Assembly: GCA_050948865.1 (NCBI GenBank)
Contig: JBMNEQ010000003.1
Span: 70,831 to 134,830 of the forward strand
Direction of reading: 5' to 3'
Length of the DNA: 64,000 nucleotides
Source of the DNA: Bacilli bacterium
GTDB taxonomy: Bacteria; Bacillota_I; Bacilli_A; RF39; UBA660
Numbering within the stretch: position 1 is the first letter of the stretch; every line of letters begins with the position of its first letter. The translations under genes and the position numbers were made by a program. Below the pieces are notes generated by a model, which did not search any database, was not told the origin of the DNA, and saw only the letters and a list, made by a program, of their open reading frames with translations. This document shows, piece after piece, positions 35,404 through 45,417 of the stretch.

Positions 35404-35547
35404 ATGAATTTAATAATTAAAAATAAAGGAGTTATCTTATTTTATATAGGGATTGTTCTATTTTGTTATCTTTATATGTGGAGAATTGAAAAATTAGAAG
35501 AAGTAAAGGAAAAGGATGATGAACGTTTTATTATTTATGTAAATTAA
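35404..35547 (+). CDS. 47-aa single-TM protein divergent from lexA (candidate SOS-induced division inhibitor analog)
   Basis: ATG preceded by AGGTGGAGG. MNLIIKNKGVILFYIGIVLFCYLYMW.... The ORF-track start at 35338 lies inside the promoter/operator. Confidence 0.5.
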   Translation: MNLIIKNKGVILFYIGIVLFCYLYMWRIEKLEEVKEKDDERFIIYVN

Positions 35548-35622
35548 GATTAAGCTTTAATGTTTTTTAATTTTTGGTATAATTAGGGTATAAAGAAAAG
35601 GCTAGTGAAAGGTGGATTAAAA

Positions 35623-37641
35623 ATGTTAAAAAAGAAAAAGGATGTTATACCTGATCAAAAAATAATAGATAATATTAAGGCTTTAGGTGTTGATATGATT
35701 TTTCATGCGAATAGTGGGCATCCAGGAATAGTTTTAGGAGCAGCACCTATTATTTATACTCTTTATACTAGACATTTAAATGTTAATCCAAATGATGATA
35801 AATGGTTAAATCGAGATCGTTTTATTCTTTCGGCGGGGCATGGTAGTGCTTTACTTTATGCTACTTTATATTTAGCTGGATTTAATTTAACTTTAGATGA
35901 TTTAAAAGAATTTAGAAGAATTAATTCTAAAACTCCTGGTCATCCTGAATATAAGATAACTTCTGGAGTGGACGCTTCTACAGGACCATTGGGACAAGGA
36001 ATAGGGATGGCTGTGGGGATGGCGATGGCTGAAAGGTTTTTGGTTTCTAAATATAATATTAAGAAAAAAGGATTATTAGAACCTGATCATGGTCTTTTTG
36101 ATTATTATACTTATGTTTTGTGTAGTGATGGGGATTTAATGGAAGGAATTAGTTATGAGGCGCTTTCTTTAGCGGGAACTTTAAAATTAAATAAATTAAT
36201 TCTTTTATATGATTCAAATAATATTTCTTTAGATGGTAAAATAGATATAACTTTTAATGAAGATGTAAGAAAACGTTTTCAAGCTTTAGGATGGGACACC
36301 TTTTTTGTTAAAGATGGTGAGAATGTGGAAGCGATTGATAAAGCTCTTTTAAAAGCAAAAAGAAGTGGTAAACCTTCTTTAATAGAAATAAAAACTATTT
36401 TAGGAAAAGATTCTTTTAATGCAAATACTTCTAAAGCTCATGGTTCTCCTTTAACCAAAGATGATATTACAAATTTAAAAAATAAATGGGGAATTAGAGA
36501 TATTCCTTTTGCTGTTTCTAAAGAAGCGGTTGAACGTTTTCGAGAACTTCTTTTAAGTCGATCAAATAAAAAATATGATAAATGGGTAGAAAATTATAAA
36601 TATATGATGGATAATTCTTCAGCAGAAATAAAACAAGAATTGGATTGGTTAATTAAAGGGCAAACGGCTTTTAATATTAATCTTCCTAAATTAATGTGGC
36701 AATTTAATGAAGATTTAAAAGAATCAATGCGAGATATAAATGGAAAGATTATGAATGTTGTTGGAAATAAAATTTTTAATTTTATTGGTGGTAATGCTGA
36801 TTTAGCTTCTTCCACCAAAGCTTTTTTAAAAAATGAAACTTATTTTAATGTTAATTCTTATCATGGACGGAATATTGCTTTTGGGGTTCGAGAACATGCT
36901 ATGGGAGCGATTTTAAATGGTTTATCTTTAAGTGGCTTTCGAACTTTTGGGGGCACCTTTTTAACCTTTGCTGATTATTTAAAACCTTCTATTAGGTTAG
37001 CCGCTTTAATGAATTTACCAGTCACTTATGTTTTTACCCATGATTCTATTATGGTTGGACCTGATGGTCCTACTCATCAACCAATTGAACAATTAGCAAT
37101 GTTAAGAAGTATTCCTAATTTAGATGTTTATCGTCCAGCTGATATTAAAGAAATAGTTGGAGCTTGGGATACTATTTTAAAAAGAAATAATCCTAGTGCT
37201 CTTATAATTGCTCGTGATCCTGTTCCTTTTTTAAAGGGGACTAATATGGAAGCAGTAGAAAAAGGAGCTTATATAGTTAGAAAAGAAACAAGTAGACTAG
37301 CAGGTTTGATTATTGCTACAGGAACAGAGGTAGAAACAGCGTTAGTCATTGCTTATCGCTTAAAAGAAAAAGGCATTGATTTAAGAGTTGTTAGTATGCC
37401 TTCAGTAGAAAGGTTTTTAGAAGAACCAATAGAATATCAAGAAGAAATATTACCTACTGGTTATAAAGTAGTAGTATTAGAAGCTAGTTCTAGTTTAGGA
37501 TGGTTTCAATTTGTTTATAATAAAAGATACTTAATGACTATTGATCAGTTTGGAAAAAGTGGGACAAGAGCAGAAGTTTTAAAAGAATATCAATATGATG
37601 TTGATAGCTTAACAGAAAAAATAGAGAATCTTTTTAAGTAA
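35623..37641 (+). CDS. tkt: transketolase
   Basis: SGHPG, GDG.LMEG and GPDGPTHQPIE motifs. ATG 35623 follows AAAGGTGG. Confidence 0.9.
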   Translation: MLKKKKDVIPDQKIIDNIKALGVDMIFHANSGHPGIVLGAAPIIYTLYTRHLNVNPNDDKWLNRDRFILSAGHGSALLYATLYLAGFNLTLDDLKEFRRINSKTPGHPEYKITSGVDASTGPLGQGIGMAVGMAMAERFLVSKYNIKKKGLLEPDHGLFDYYTYVLCSDGDLMEGISYEALSLAGTLKLNKLILLYDSNNISLDGKIDITFNEDVRKRFQALGWDTFFVKDGENVEAIDKALLKAKRSGKPSLIEIKTILGKDSFNANTSKAHGSPLTKDDITNLKNKWGIRDIPFAVSKEAVERFRELLLSRSNKKYDKWVENYKYMMDNSSAEIKQELDWLIKGQTAFNINLPKLMWQFNEDLKESMRDINGKIMNVVGNKIFNFIGGNADLASSTKAFLKNETYFNVNSYHGRNIAFGVREHAMGAILNGLSLSGFRTFGGTFLTFADYLKPSIRLAALMNLPVTYVFTHDSIMVGPDGPTHQPIEQLAMLRSIPNLDVYRPADIKEIVGAWDTILKRNNPSALIIARDPVPFLKGTNMEAVEKGAYIVRKETSRLAGLIIATGTEVETALVIAYRLKEKGIDLRVVSMPSVERFLEEPIEYQEEILPTGYKVVVLEASSSLGWFQFVYNKRYLMTIDQFGKSGTRAEVLKEYQYDVDSLTEKIENLFK

Positions 37642-37701
37642 TTCTCTTTTTTTGACATTTAACTAACCTTTATTAATTTATACTTTTAATGAGGTGATTT
37701 T

Positions 37702-38139
37702 ATGAGAACCTATTATGCTTTTATAGTTAATGAATATTTTGCTGGATTTTATCAATCTAAACCATCTTCTCTTTATAAAATATTTGAACAAATTTATGAT
37801 TTAGGTCCTAATGATATAGTTTTAGGATATCGTATTTTTGAACAACTCGCTACTCCTTTTAATAAAGATCATATTAATGAATATATATATAATAAACATT
37901 CAGGAGAATTATCTTATTCAAAGAATCAAAATAAACATTTAATAAATAATATTTATTTCTCTGAAATAAGTAAAATAATTGTTTATAATTCTCATTTAAA
38001 AATAAAAAGTAATATTAATTATCCTACTTTTATTGAAACAATTAGAGACTTTGAAGAGAATATTTTTATCTGTGATTTTATTAATAAAGATTATTTTTGG
38101 TTAGATAAAATAAAGAATGATTCTCTTGTAAAAAATTAA
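37702..38139 (+). CDS. SirA-like protein (sporulation inhibitor of replication, YneE family)
   Basis: 145 aa. MRTYYAFIVNEYFAGFYQSKPSSLYKIFEQIY parallels B. subtilis SirA MERHYYTYLIKEEFANHYFGRESVMFELFQDY. Conserved position between tkt and yneF. Confidence 0.5.
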   Translation: MRTYYAFIVNEYFAGFYQSKPSSLYKIFEQIYDLGPNDIVLGYRIFEQLATPFNKDHINEYIYNKHSGELSYSKNQNKHLINNIYFSEISKIIVYNSHLKIKSNINYPTFIETIRDFEENIFICDFINKDYFWLDKIKNDSLVKN

Positions 38140-38174
38140 TATTTTTAGTAGAATGTATTTGTTAGGAGGTTAAG

Positions 38175-38384
38175 ATGCTTGTCGATATTTTATATTTTTT
38201 AATAGGAGTAATTGTAGGAGGAATAGGGGGCTTTTTTTTAGCGAAATATTTTATTCAAAAGTATATGAAAGAAAATCCTCCTATTAATGAACAAATGATT
38301 AAAACTATGATGCAACAAATGGGAAGAACTCCTTCTCAAAAACAAATAAAACAAATGATGAAAGCAATGGAAAAACATCTCTAA
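38175..38384 (+). CDS. yneF: UPF0154 membrane protein YneF
   Basis: One TM followed by ...NPPINEQMIKTMMQQMGRTPSQKQIKQMMKAM, characteristic of the YneF family. Confidence 0.75.
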   Translation: MLVDILYFLIGVIVGGIGGFFLAKYFIQKYMKENPPINEQMIKTMMQQMGRTPSQKQIKQMMKAMEKHL

Positions 38385-38420
38385 TTATAACTAAGATGGA
38401 TTATTCCATTTTTTTTTGTT
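38382..38420 (+). repeat. 39-nt direct repeat copy 1 (yneF terminator hairpin ATGGA-ttat-TCCAT plus T9)
   Basis: TAATTATAACTAAGATGGATTATTCCATTTTTTTTTGTT is identical to 38490-38528. Confidence 0.8.
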
Positions 38421-38489
38421 CTTTTTAACTATAAAACTCGGGAGAAGTTTTAATTACTAATTATTAGAATAAAACATCTGTAATATGTT

Positions 38490-38528
38490 TAATTATAACT
38501 AAGATGGATTATTCCATTTTTTTTTGTT
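38490..38528 (+). repeat. 39-nt direct repeat copy 2
   Basis: Identical to 38382-38420. Preceded by AAAACATCTGTAA, which echoes the yneF 3' end AAAACATCTCTAA. Confidence 0.8.
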
Positions 38529-38560
38529 ATAATATCAACTGTAGATAAAGGAGTGTCAAC

Positions 38561-40465
38561 ATGGCTTTAAAATATGATGAGAAATCAATTAAATTACTAG
38601 AAGGATTAGATGCTATTAGAAAAAGACCAGGGATGTATATTGGTTCTACTGATAAAAGGGGACTTCATCATTTAGTTTGGGAAATAGTTGATAATAGTAT
38701 TGATGAAGTTATTAATGGTTATGGTAATTATATAAAAGTTATTATTCATCCTGATGGTAGTTTAAGTGTTAGTGATGAAGGAAGAGGAATTCCTGTTGGT
38801 TTACATGAAAGTGGGAAAAGCACTCCAGAGATTATTTATACTAAACTTCATGCTGGGGGTAAATTTTCTGATAGTGGTTATAAAGTATCAGGTGGTCTTC
38901 ATGGGGTTGGAGCTTCTGTAGTTAATGCTTTAAGTTCATCTTTAAAAGTAACTATAAAAAGGGATAAAGAAGAACATTATATTGAATTTGCTAATGGCGG
39001 AAGAGTTATAGAACCTTTAAAAAAAATAGGTTCTACTAATAAAACTGGAACAATAGTTAGATTTAAACCAGATGAATTAATTTTTACTAATACAACTTTT
39101 AGTTTTACTACTATTTGTGAAAGGATGCAAGAATGTGCTTTTTTATTAAAAGGGTTAACAGTAGAAGTCATCGATGAAGAAGATGGAAAAACAGAGAAAT
39201 TTCATTATGAAAATGGTTTAGAAGCTTTTGTTAAATATATTAATGAAGATAAAAAAGAACTGCATAAGGTTGTTAATTTTAATGGTATTAAAGATAAAAT
39301 AGAAGTTGATATTGCTTTTCAATATACTGATACTTATTCAGAGAACATTATTTCTTTTGCTAATAATGTTAAAACTAATGATGGGGGAACGCATGAGATT
39401 GGTTTTAAAACTGCTTTAACTAGGGTTTTTAATGATTATGCTAAGAATAAAGGTTATTTTAAACCAAAAGATAAAACCTTTGATGGTAGTGATGTTAGAG
39501 AAGGTTTAACAGCGATTCTTAGTTTAAAAATGCCTGAATCTTTATTACAATTTGAAGGACAAACTAAATCAAAATTAGGTTCTCCTTTAGCTAGAACAGT
39601 CGTGGAGAATATTACAGCGGAAAAGTTACAATTTTTTTTAGAAGAAAATAATGAAATTGCTTCTTGTATTATTGATAAAGCTATTAAAAGTAAAAGGGTT
39701 AGAGAAACAGCTAGAAAAGCAAGAGAAGAAGCTAGATTGGGAAAGGGAACTAAAAAGGAAAGAAATTTAAGTGGGAAATTAACTCCTGCTCAAACTAAAG
39801 ATAAAAAACAAAGTGAGTTATTTTTAGTGGAAGGTGATTCAGCTGGAGGTTCTGCTAAACAAGGAAGAGATCGTAAATTTCAAGCGATTTTACCTCTTCG
39901 GGGTAAAGTAATTAATACAGAGAAAGCTAAATTAGAAGATATTTTTAAAAATGAAGAAATAAATACTATTATTCATACAATTGGAGCGGGAATTGGATCA
40001 GACTTTAAAGAAGAAGATTCTAATTATGGTAAAGTTATTATAATGACGGATGCTGATGATGATGGAGCTCATATTCAAGTTTTATTATTAACTTTTTTTT
40101 ATCGTTATATGAAACCTTTAATTGAAGCGGGTAAACTTTTTATTGCTTTACCACCATTTTTTAAAATAAAATTTAAAGATAAAACAGAAAAATATGTTTG
40201 GTCAAAAGAAGAATTAAAAGAATTAACTGCTGAAAAGAGTGATTATATTATTCAACGTTATAAAGGTTTAGGGGAAATGAATGCTGATCAGTTATGGGAA
40301 ACAACAATGAATCCAGAAACAAGAAGTTTAATTAAAGTTAAAATAAGTGATGCTTCTTTAGCTGAAAAAAGAGTTAGTGTTTTAATGGGAGATAATGTTT
40401 TGCCTCGTAAAGAATGGATTGATGAAAATGTTGAATTCTCTTTGGAAGATGATTATGCTATTTAA
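38561..40465 (+). CDS. parE: DNA topoisomerase IV subunit B
   Basis: GHKL ATPase (LEGLDAIRKRPGMYIGST), Toprim (LVEGDSAGG, DADDDGAHI). Assigned ParE through its partner and B. subtilis-like synteny. Confidence 0.8.
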   Translation: MALKYDEKSIKLLEGLDAIRKRPGMYIGSTDKRGLHHLVWEIVDNSIDEVINGYGNYIKVIIHPDGSLSVSDEGRGIPVGLHESGKSTPEIIYTKLHAGGKFSDSGYKVSGGLHGVGASVVNALSSSLKVTIKRDKEEHYIEFANGGRVIEPLKKIGSTNKTGTIVRFKPDELIFTNTTFSFTTICERMQECAFLLKGLTVEVIDEEDGKTEKFHYENGLEAFVKYINEDKKELHKVVNFNGIKDKIEVDIAFQYTDTYSENIISFANNVKTNDGGTHEIGFKTALTRVFNDYAKNKGYFKPKDKTFDGSDVREGLTAILSLKMPESLLQFEGQTKSKLGSPLARTVVENITAEKLQFFLEENNEIASCIIDKAIKSKRVRETARKAREEARLGKGTKKERNLSGKLTPAQTKDKKQSELFLVEGDSAGGSAKQGRDRKFQAILPLRGKVINTEKAKLEDIFKNEEINTIIHTIGAGIGSDFKEEDSNYGKVIIMTDADDDGAHIQVLLLTFFYRYMKPLIEAGKLFIALPPFFKIKFKDKTEKYVWSKEELKELTAEKSDYIIQRYKGLGEMNADQLWETTMNPETRSLIKVKISDASLAEKRVSVLMGDNVLPRKEWIDENVEFSLEDDYAI

Positions 40466-40485
40466 GAAGGAAAACAGGTGGTAAA

Positions 40486-42984
40486 ATGAAGAATATAGTA
40501 GAAAAAATAAAAGATTATGCTTTAGAAGAAATAATGGGGGAACGCTTTTCTAGATATGCTAAATATATTATTCAAGATCGGGCTTTACCAGATGTTCGTG
40601 ATGGTTTAAAACCTGTTCAAAGAAGAATTTTATATTCGATGTCTAAAGAAAGAAATACTTATGATAAACCATATCGTAAAAGCGCTAAAACAGTAGGTGA
40701 TGTGATTGGAAAATATCATCCTCATGGGGATACCTCTATTTATGAAGCGATGGTTAGAATGAGTCAATCATGGAAATTAAAACATCCTTTAATTGATATG
40801 CATGGAAATAATGGAAGTATTGATGGTGATAATCCTGCAGCGTACCGCTATACAGAAGTTCGTTTATCAAAAATTAGTCAAGAATTATTAAAAGATATTG
40901 ATAAAGAAACAGTTTTAACTATCCAAAACTTTGATGATACAACTTATGAACCAACAGTCCTACCAGCTAAATTTCCTAATTTATTAATTAATGGTAGTAG
41001 TGGTATTAGTGCTGGTTATGCAACTAATATTCCCCCTCATAATATTGAAGAAATAATTGAAGCGACAATTAAAAGAATTGATAGTCCCAATTGTTATTTA
41101 GAAACAATATTAGATATTGTAAAAGGACCAGACTTTCCAACAGGGGGGATTATTGAAGGAATTAAGGGAATTAAAGAAGCTTATCAAACAGGAAAAGGAA
41201 GAATTTATATAAAATCAAAAATCAAAAAGGAAAAAGTAAAAGGTAAAGAAAGATTAATCGTTGAAGAAATTCCTTATGAAGTTAATAAAGCTTCTTTAGT
41301 TAGAAAGATTGATGATATTAAAATTGAAAAAAAGATTGAAGGAATAGATGATGTTCGTGATGAAAGTGATAAAGATGGTTTAAGAATAGTTATTGACTTA
41401 AAGAAAAATGCTAATAGTGAATTAATATTAAATTATTTATTAAAGAATACTGATTTATTTGTTTCTTATAATTTAAATATGGTAGCGATTGTTAATAGAA
41501 GGCCTAAATTATTAGGAATATTAGATATATTAGATGCTTATATCAAACATCAAAAGGAAGTTATTTTAAAAAGAACAAGATTTGATTTAAATCATGCTGA
41601 AGCTCGTCTTCATATTGTAGAAGGTCTTATTAAAGCAATGTCTATTTTAGATGAAATAATAAAAACTATTCGTTCTAGTTCTAATAAACAAGATGCTGAA
41701 GAAAATTTAGTAGAAAAGTTTATGTTTACTAATCTTCAAGCCAAAGCCATAGTAATGCTTCAATTATACCGTTTAACTAATACTGATGTTGTTTTATTAA
41801 AAGAAGAATTAAATAACTTAAATATTATAATCAAGGGTTTAAAGGCTATTTTAAGTGATGAAAATATTTTAAAAAAGGTGATTAAAGAAGAATTAAAGAA
41901 GATTAAAAAAGAATATGGTATTAAAAGATTAACTCTTATAGAAGAAGAAATAACTGATTTAAGTATTGATGAAACTTTAATGATTCTTAAAGAAGATGTT
42001 ATTGTAATTATCACTAATGAAGGTTATGTAAAAAGAGTATCTCTTCGTTCTTATAGGGCTTTAAATGAAGAAGAAACTTTATTAAAGGATTTAGATTATA
42101 TAATTGGTTTTTATAAAATAAGAACTATTGATACTATTTTATTATTTACTAATAAAGGCAATTATTTATATTTACCAGTTCATAATATTCCTGAAGGTAA
42201 ATGGTTAGAATATGGTAAACATATTAGTAATATTATTAGTATTTCTGCCGGGGAAAGAATTATTAAAAGTATTCCTGTAACTAATTTTGAAGAAGAGTTA
42301 TATATTACTACTTTTACTAAATTAGGAATGGTTAAAAGGACCAAATTAAAAGAATATCAAGCTTTAAGATATTCTAAACCTTTAATAGGAATAAGTTTAA
42401 AAGAGAATGATGAAGTTATTTCTGTAGATATATCTAATAATCAAGAAGTTTTAATGGTGACAAATAATGGTTATGGCTTAAGATATGATATTTCTGAATT
42501 AAATATAACGGGTCTACGAACTAGTGGTGTTATTGGTATTAATTTAAAAGATGATTATGTTATTAATGGTTTACTTTTTGATCAAGAAAAAGAATATTTA
42601 ACTCTTATTACAGATCAAGGAACAGGTAAAAGAATAAAGTTAACAGATTTAGAATCATCAAAAAGAAATAGACGTGGTTTATTATTGATTAGAAAAGTTA
42701 AATCAAAGTCTTATAAAATAATGGGGGCTTTTATCCTGGATACTAAAGAGGAGATAGGTCTTAAAACAGCAAGTGAAATAAATATTTTAAAAATAACAGA
42801 ATTAATGATAAGTGATCGTTATAGTACAGGAAATAAGATTAGTAATAAAAATATAAAGGATGTTTTTCCCCTTTTAAAATTAATAACTAAAGAAGAGAAA
42901 AAAGAACAAATAGAAATGAATTTAGATGAAGTTGATATAAAAATTTCTTCTGTTAATGATATTTTAAAAGATATTGATAACTAG
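40486..42984 (+). CDS. parC: DNA topoisomerase IV subunit A
   Basis: IMGERFSRYAKYIIQDRALPDVRDGLKPVQRRILYSM is a ParC-type N-terminus. Active-site AAYRYTE is present. I found no GyrA box (QRRGGKG). Confidence 0.8.
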   Translation: MKNIVEKIKDYALEEIMGERFSRYAKYIIQDRALPDVRDGLKPVQRRILYSMSKERNTYDKPYRKSAKTVGDVIGKYHPHGDTSIYEAMVRMSQSWKLKHPLIDMHGNNGSIDGDNPAAYRYTEVRLSKISQELLKDIDKETVLTIQNFDDTTYEPTVLPAKFPNLLINGSSGISAGYATNIPPHNIEEIIEATIKRIDSPNCYLETILDIVKGPDFPTGGIIEGIKGIKEAYQTGKGRIYIKSKIKKEKVKGKERLIVEEIPYEVNKASLVRKIDDIKIEKKIEGIDDVRDESDKDGLRIVIDLKKNANSELILNYLLKNTDLFVSYNLNMVAIVNRRPKLLGILDILDAYIKHQKEVILKRTRFDLNHAEARLHIVEGLIKAMSILDEIIKTIRSSSNKQDAEENLVEKFMFTNLQAKAIVMLQLYRLTNTDVVLLKEELNNLNIIIKGLKAILSDENILKKVIKEELKKIKKEYGIKRLTLIEEEITDLSIDETLMILKEDVIVIITNEGYVKRVSLRSYRALNEEETLLKDLDYIIGFYKIRTIDTILLFTNKGNYLYLPVHNIPEGKWLEYGKHISNIISISAGERIIKSIPVTNFEEELYITTFTKLGMVKRTKLKEYQALRYSKPLIGISLKENDEVISVDISNNQEVLMVTNNGYGLRYDISELNITGLRTSGVIGINLKDDYVINGLLFDQEKEYLTLITDQGTGKRIKLTDLESSKRNRRGLLLIRKVKSKSYKIMGAFILDTKEEIGLKTASEINILKITELMISDRYSTGNKISNKNIKDVFPLLKLITKEEKKEQIEMNLDEVDIKISSVNDILKDIDN

Positions 42985-43027
42985 GAAATTATAACAAAAT
43001 ACTGCATAAATTATACTAGGTGATGGC

Positions 43028-43384
43028 ATGAAAAAGATTGATGAATTTAAACTTTTTGTTAAATCTAAACCAGTTTTAATTGATTATGTAAAAAACAATG
43101 AAATGACTTGGCAAAAGTTTTATGAATTATGGGATTTATATGGTCCTGAACATAATATTTGGAATAGTTATTATAAAGTAGAAACAAATAATAAAGAGTC
43201 CAATATAAATTTGTTTAGTTTATTAAAAAATATTGATACAGAAAGTTTAAAACAAGGAATAATAGGTTTACAAAAAGGAATTGGTATTATTCAAGAATTA
43301 ATTAATAAAGAAACAAAAGATATCCCCTTAACTCCAAAAGAACCTTATCAACCAAGGCCTTTATATAAAAGGTTTGATGATTAA
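43028..43384 (+). CDS. YlbD-like protein
   Basis: EFKLFVKSKPVLIDYVKNNEMTWQKFYELWDLYG resembles the YlbD family. Located upstream of a ylbE-like gene and rsmD, as in B. subtilis. Confidence 0.45.
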   Translation: MKKIDEFKLFVKSKPVLIDYVKNNEMTWQKFYELWDLYGPEHNIWNSYYKVETNNKESNINLFSLLKNIDTESLKQGIIGLQKGIGIIQELINKETKDIPLTPKEPYQPRPLYKRFDD

Positions 43385-43605
43385 TGAATTTAGATGTTCA
43401 GTTTAAAATTAATAGTGATCCTAATTTAAAAAGGTATTTAAGAGAGAATAGTTATTGGTATAAATCTTTAAATCGTAATCCTTTTTATTTGAATGAATTT
43501 ATTAATGAAATGAAAGAAAAATATCAACTTCGAACAAGTGATAAAATAAGTAATATTGTTGAAACAATAGAAATGATTAATCTAGCTTTAACCTTTTTAA
43601 AATAG
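43384..43605 (+). CDS. YlbE-like protein
   Basis: LKRYLRENSYWYKSLNRNP...EFINEMKEKY resembles the YlbE family. ATGA-type overlap with the upstream gene. Confidence 0.5.
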   Translation: MNLDVQFKINSDPNLKRYLRENSYWYKSLNRNPFYLNEFINEMKEKYQLRTSDKISNIVETIEMINLALTFLK

Positions 43606-43720
43606 GAAAATCCTACTAATAGTAGGATTTAAATGGAGAGGAGAAATACTTACATCCATTAATATGGATGTTTAATTATAGTATTTACTAAAGATAATAA
43701 AATATACGAAAGGATTTAAA

Positions 43721-44275
43721 ATGAAAATAATAAGTGGTTATTTAAAAGGAAGAAGAATTGAAGGTTTTAATAAAGAAGAAATTAGACCAACAAGTAATCG
43801 GGTTAAGGAATCTCTTTTTCATCTAATTCAAAATGATATAAAGGATAGTATTTGTTTAGATTTATTCGCTGGTTCTGGCTCTCTTGGAATAGAAGCAGTA
43901 AGTAATGGTTCTAAATATGTTTATTTAGTGGATAATAGTTTTTTAGCAAAAGAAATTTTAGAAAAAAATATTAATAGATTAAAGATAAATGATCAAGTTA
44001 AGATTATAAAAAATGATTGTCTTAAAGCTTTAGAAAACTTTACAAAGGAAAACATTAAGTTTAATCTTATCTTTTTAGATCCTCCTTATAAATCTAATAT
44101 TATTGATGAAGTGTTAGATTATATTGATAATAATAATTTACTTTTTAAAAATGGACAAGTTCTTTGTGAAGTATTTAAGCAAAAAGATTTAGATAATAAT
44201 TATAAGAATTTAATTAAAATAAAAGAAAAAAAATATGGAAATAAAAAAATAGTGATTTTTAAAAAAATAGCCTAA
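43721..44275 (+). CDS. rsmD: 16S rRNA (guanine966-N2)-methyltransferase RsmD
   Basis: RPTSNRVKESLF, DLFAGSGSLGIEAVS and FLDPPY motifs. Confidence 0.8.
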   Translation: MKIISGYLKGRRIEGFNKEEIRPTSNRVKESLFHLIQNDIKDSICLDLFAGSGSLGIEAVSNGSKYVYLVDNSFLAKEILEKNINRLKINDQVKIIKNDCLKALENFTKENIKFNLIFLDPPYKSNIIDEVLDYIDNNNLLFKNGQVLCEVFKQKDLDNNYKNLIKIKEKKYGNKKIVIFKKIA

Positions 44276-44327
44276 AATTAACATGTCTAAGTTTTTAAAT
44301 GATATAATTAGATAGAGGAGTGATGGG

Positions 44328-45416
44328 ATGCGTGTTATTGTTAGTGCTGGTGGAACAGGTGGACATATTTATCCCGCTTTAGCTTTAATTAATAAGATTA
44401 AGGAAAAAGAACCAAATAGTGAATTTATTTTTATTGGAACTCATAACAGAATGGAAAAGGATATTGTTCCTAAACAAGGTATAAAGTATATACCACTAAC
44501 TATTATTGGTTTAGAAAGAAAATTAACTTTAAGAAATATAAAAACCTTTAGTTATTTTTTTAGGGCTATAAAAGAATCAAAAAGGATTATTGAAAAGTTT
44601 AATCCTGATATTGTGATTGGGTTTGGGGGTTATGTTTCTGGTCCTGTTTTATATGCGGCTAAAAAGAAAGGATATCCGACTTTAATTCATGAACAAAATA
44701 GCATTTTAGGTTTATCTAATCGTTTTTTAATTAAATATGTTGATGCTTTGGCTATATCTTTTAAAGATACTTTAAATTATGTTCCTGATGATAAAAAGAT
44801 TGTTTTTACAGGAAATCCTTGTAGTGAAATGGCTTTAAAAGAACCGAAAATGGATAAATCTAAATTGGGTTTAACAGAAAATAAAAAGTTAATTTTAATA
44901 GTGATGGGATCTTTAGGTTCAGAAATTATTACTAAGAAGATGAAAAAACAATTACAATTATTTAATAATAAAGAATATGAAGTTTTATTTATTACGGGTT
45001 ATGATTATTATGAAGAATTTAAAGATTTAAGTTTAGCTTCTAATATTAAAATTGTTCCTTATATTGAAGGTTTATCTTCTTTATTAAAGAATGCCACTTT
45101 AATAGTTTCTAGAGCTGGGGCTACTATTATAAGTGAGATTATAGCTTTAAAAATACCAACTATCTTTATACCTAGTCCTTATGTTGTTAATAATCATCAA
45201 GTCAGAAACGCTTTAGAGTTAGTTAATAAAAAAGCTGCTTTAATGATAAATGAAAAAGAGTTAGAGGGGGATTTATTAGTTAGAGAAATTGATGAACTTT
45301 TACAAGACACTAAAAAATATCAACAAATGAAAGATAATTTAGAAAAACTAATGATTAAAGATAGTGCTACTAAAATATATGATTTAGCTAAAACAGTAAT
45401 AGATAGGAGTAATTAA
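44328..45416 (+). CDS. murG: UDP-N-acetylglucosamine--N-acetylmuramyl-(pentapeptide) pyrophosphoryl-undecaprenol GlcNAc transferase
   Basis: GGTGGHIYPALA N-terminus and SRAGATIISE near the C-terminus. Confidence 0.9.
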   Translation: MRVIVSAGGTGGHIYPALALINKIKEKEPNSEFIFIGTHNRMEKDIVPKQGIKYIPLTIIGLERKLTLRNIKTFSYFFRAIKESKRIIEKFNPDIVIGFGGYVSGPVLYAAKKKGYPTLIHEQNSILGLSNRFLIKYVDALAISFKDTLNYVPDDKKIVFTGNPCSEMALKEPKMDKSKLGLTENKKLILIVMGSLGSEIITKKMKKQLQLFNNKEYEVLFITGYDYYEEFKDLSLASNIKIVPYIEGLSSLLKNATLIVSRAGATIISEIIALKIPTIFIPSPYVVNNHQVRNALELVNKKAALMINEKELEGDLLVREIDELLQDTKKYQQMKDNLEKLMIKDSATKIYDLAKTVIDRSN

Positions 45417-45417
45417 A

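Noticed and set aside
38382-38528. Direct repeats considered as a possible mini CRISPR array
   Set aside because: There are only two copies. They include a terminator hairpin and a gene 3' end, and there is no repeat-spacer periodicity or cas genes. I saw no CRISPR array anywhere in the window.
38561-42984. Annotation of the topoisomerase pair as gyrB/gyrA
   Set aside because: The A-subunit N-terminus (GERFSRYAKYIIQDRALPD...KPVQRRIL) is ParC-like, and I found no GyrA box. The yneF-parE-parC synteny also matches B. subtilis.
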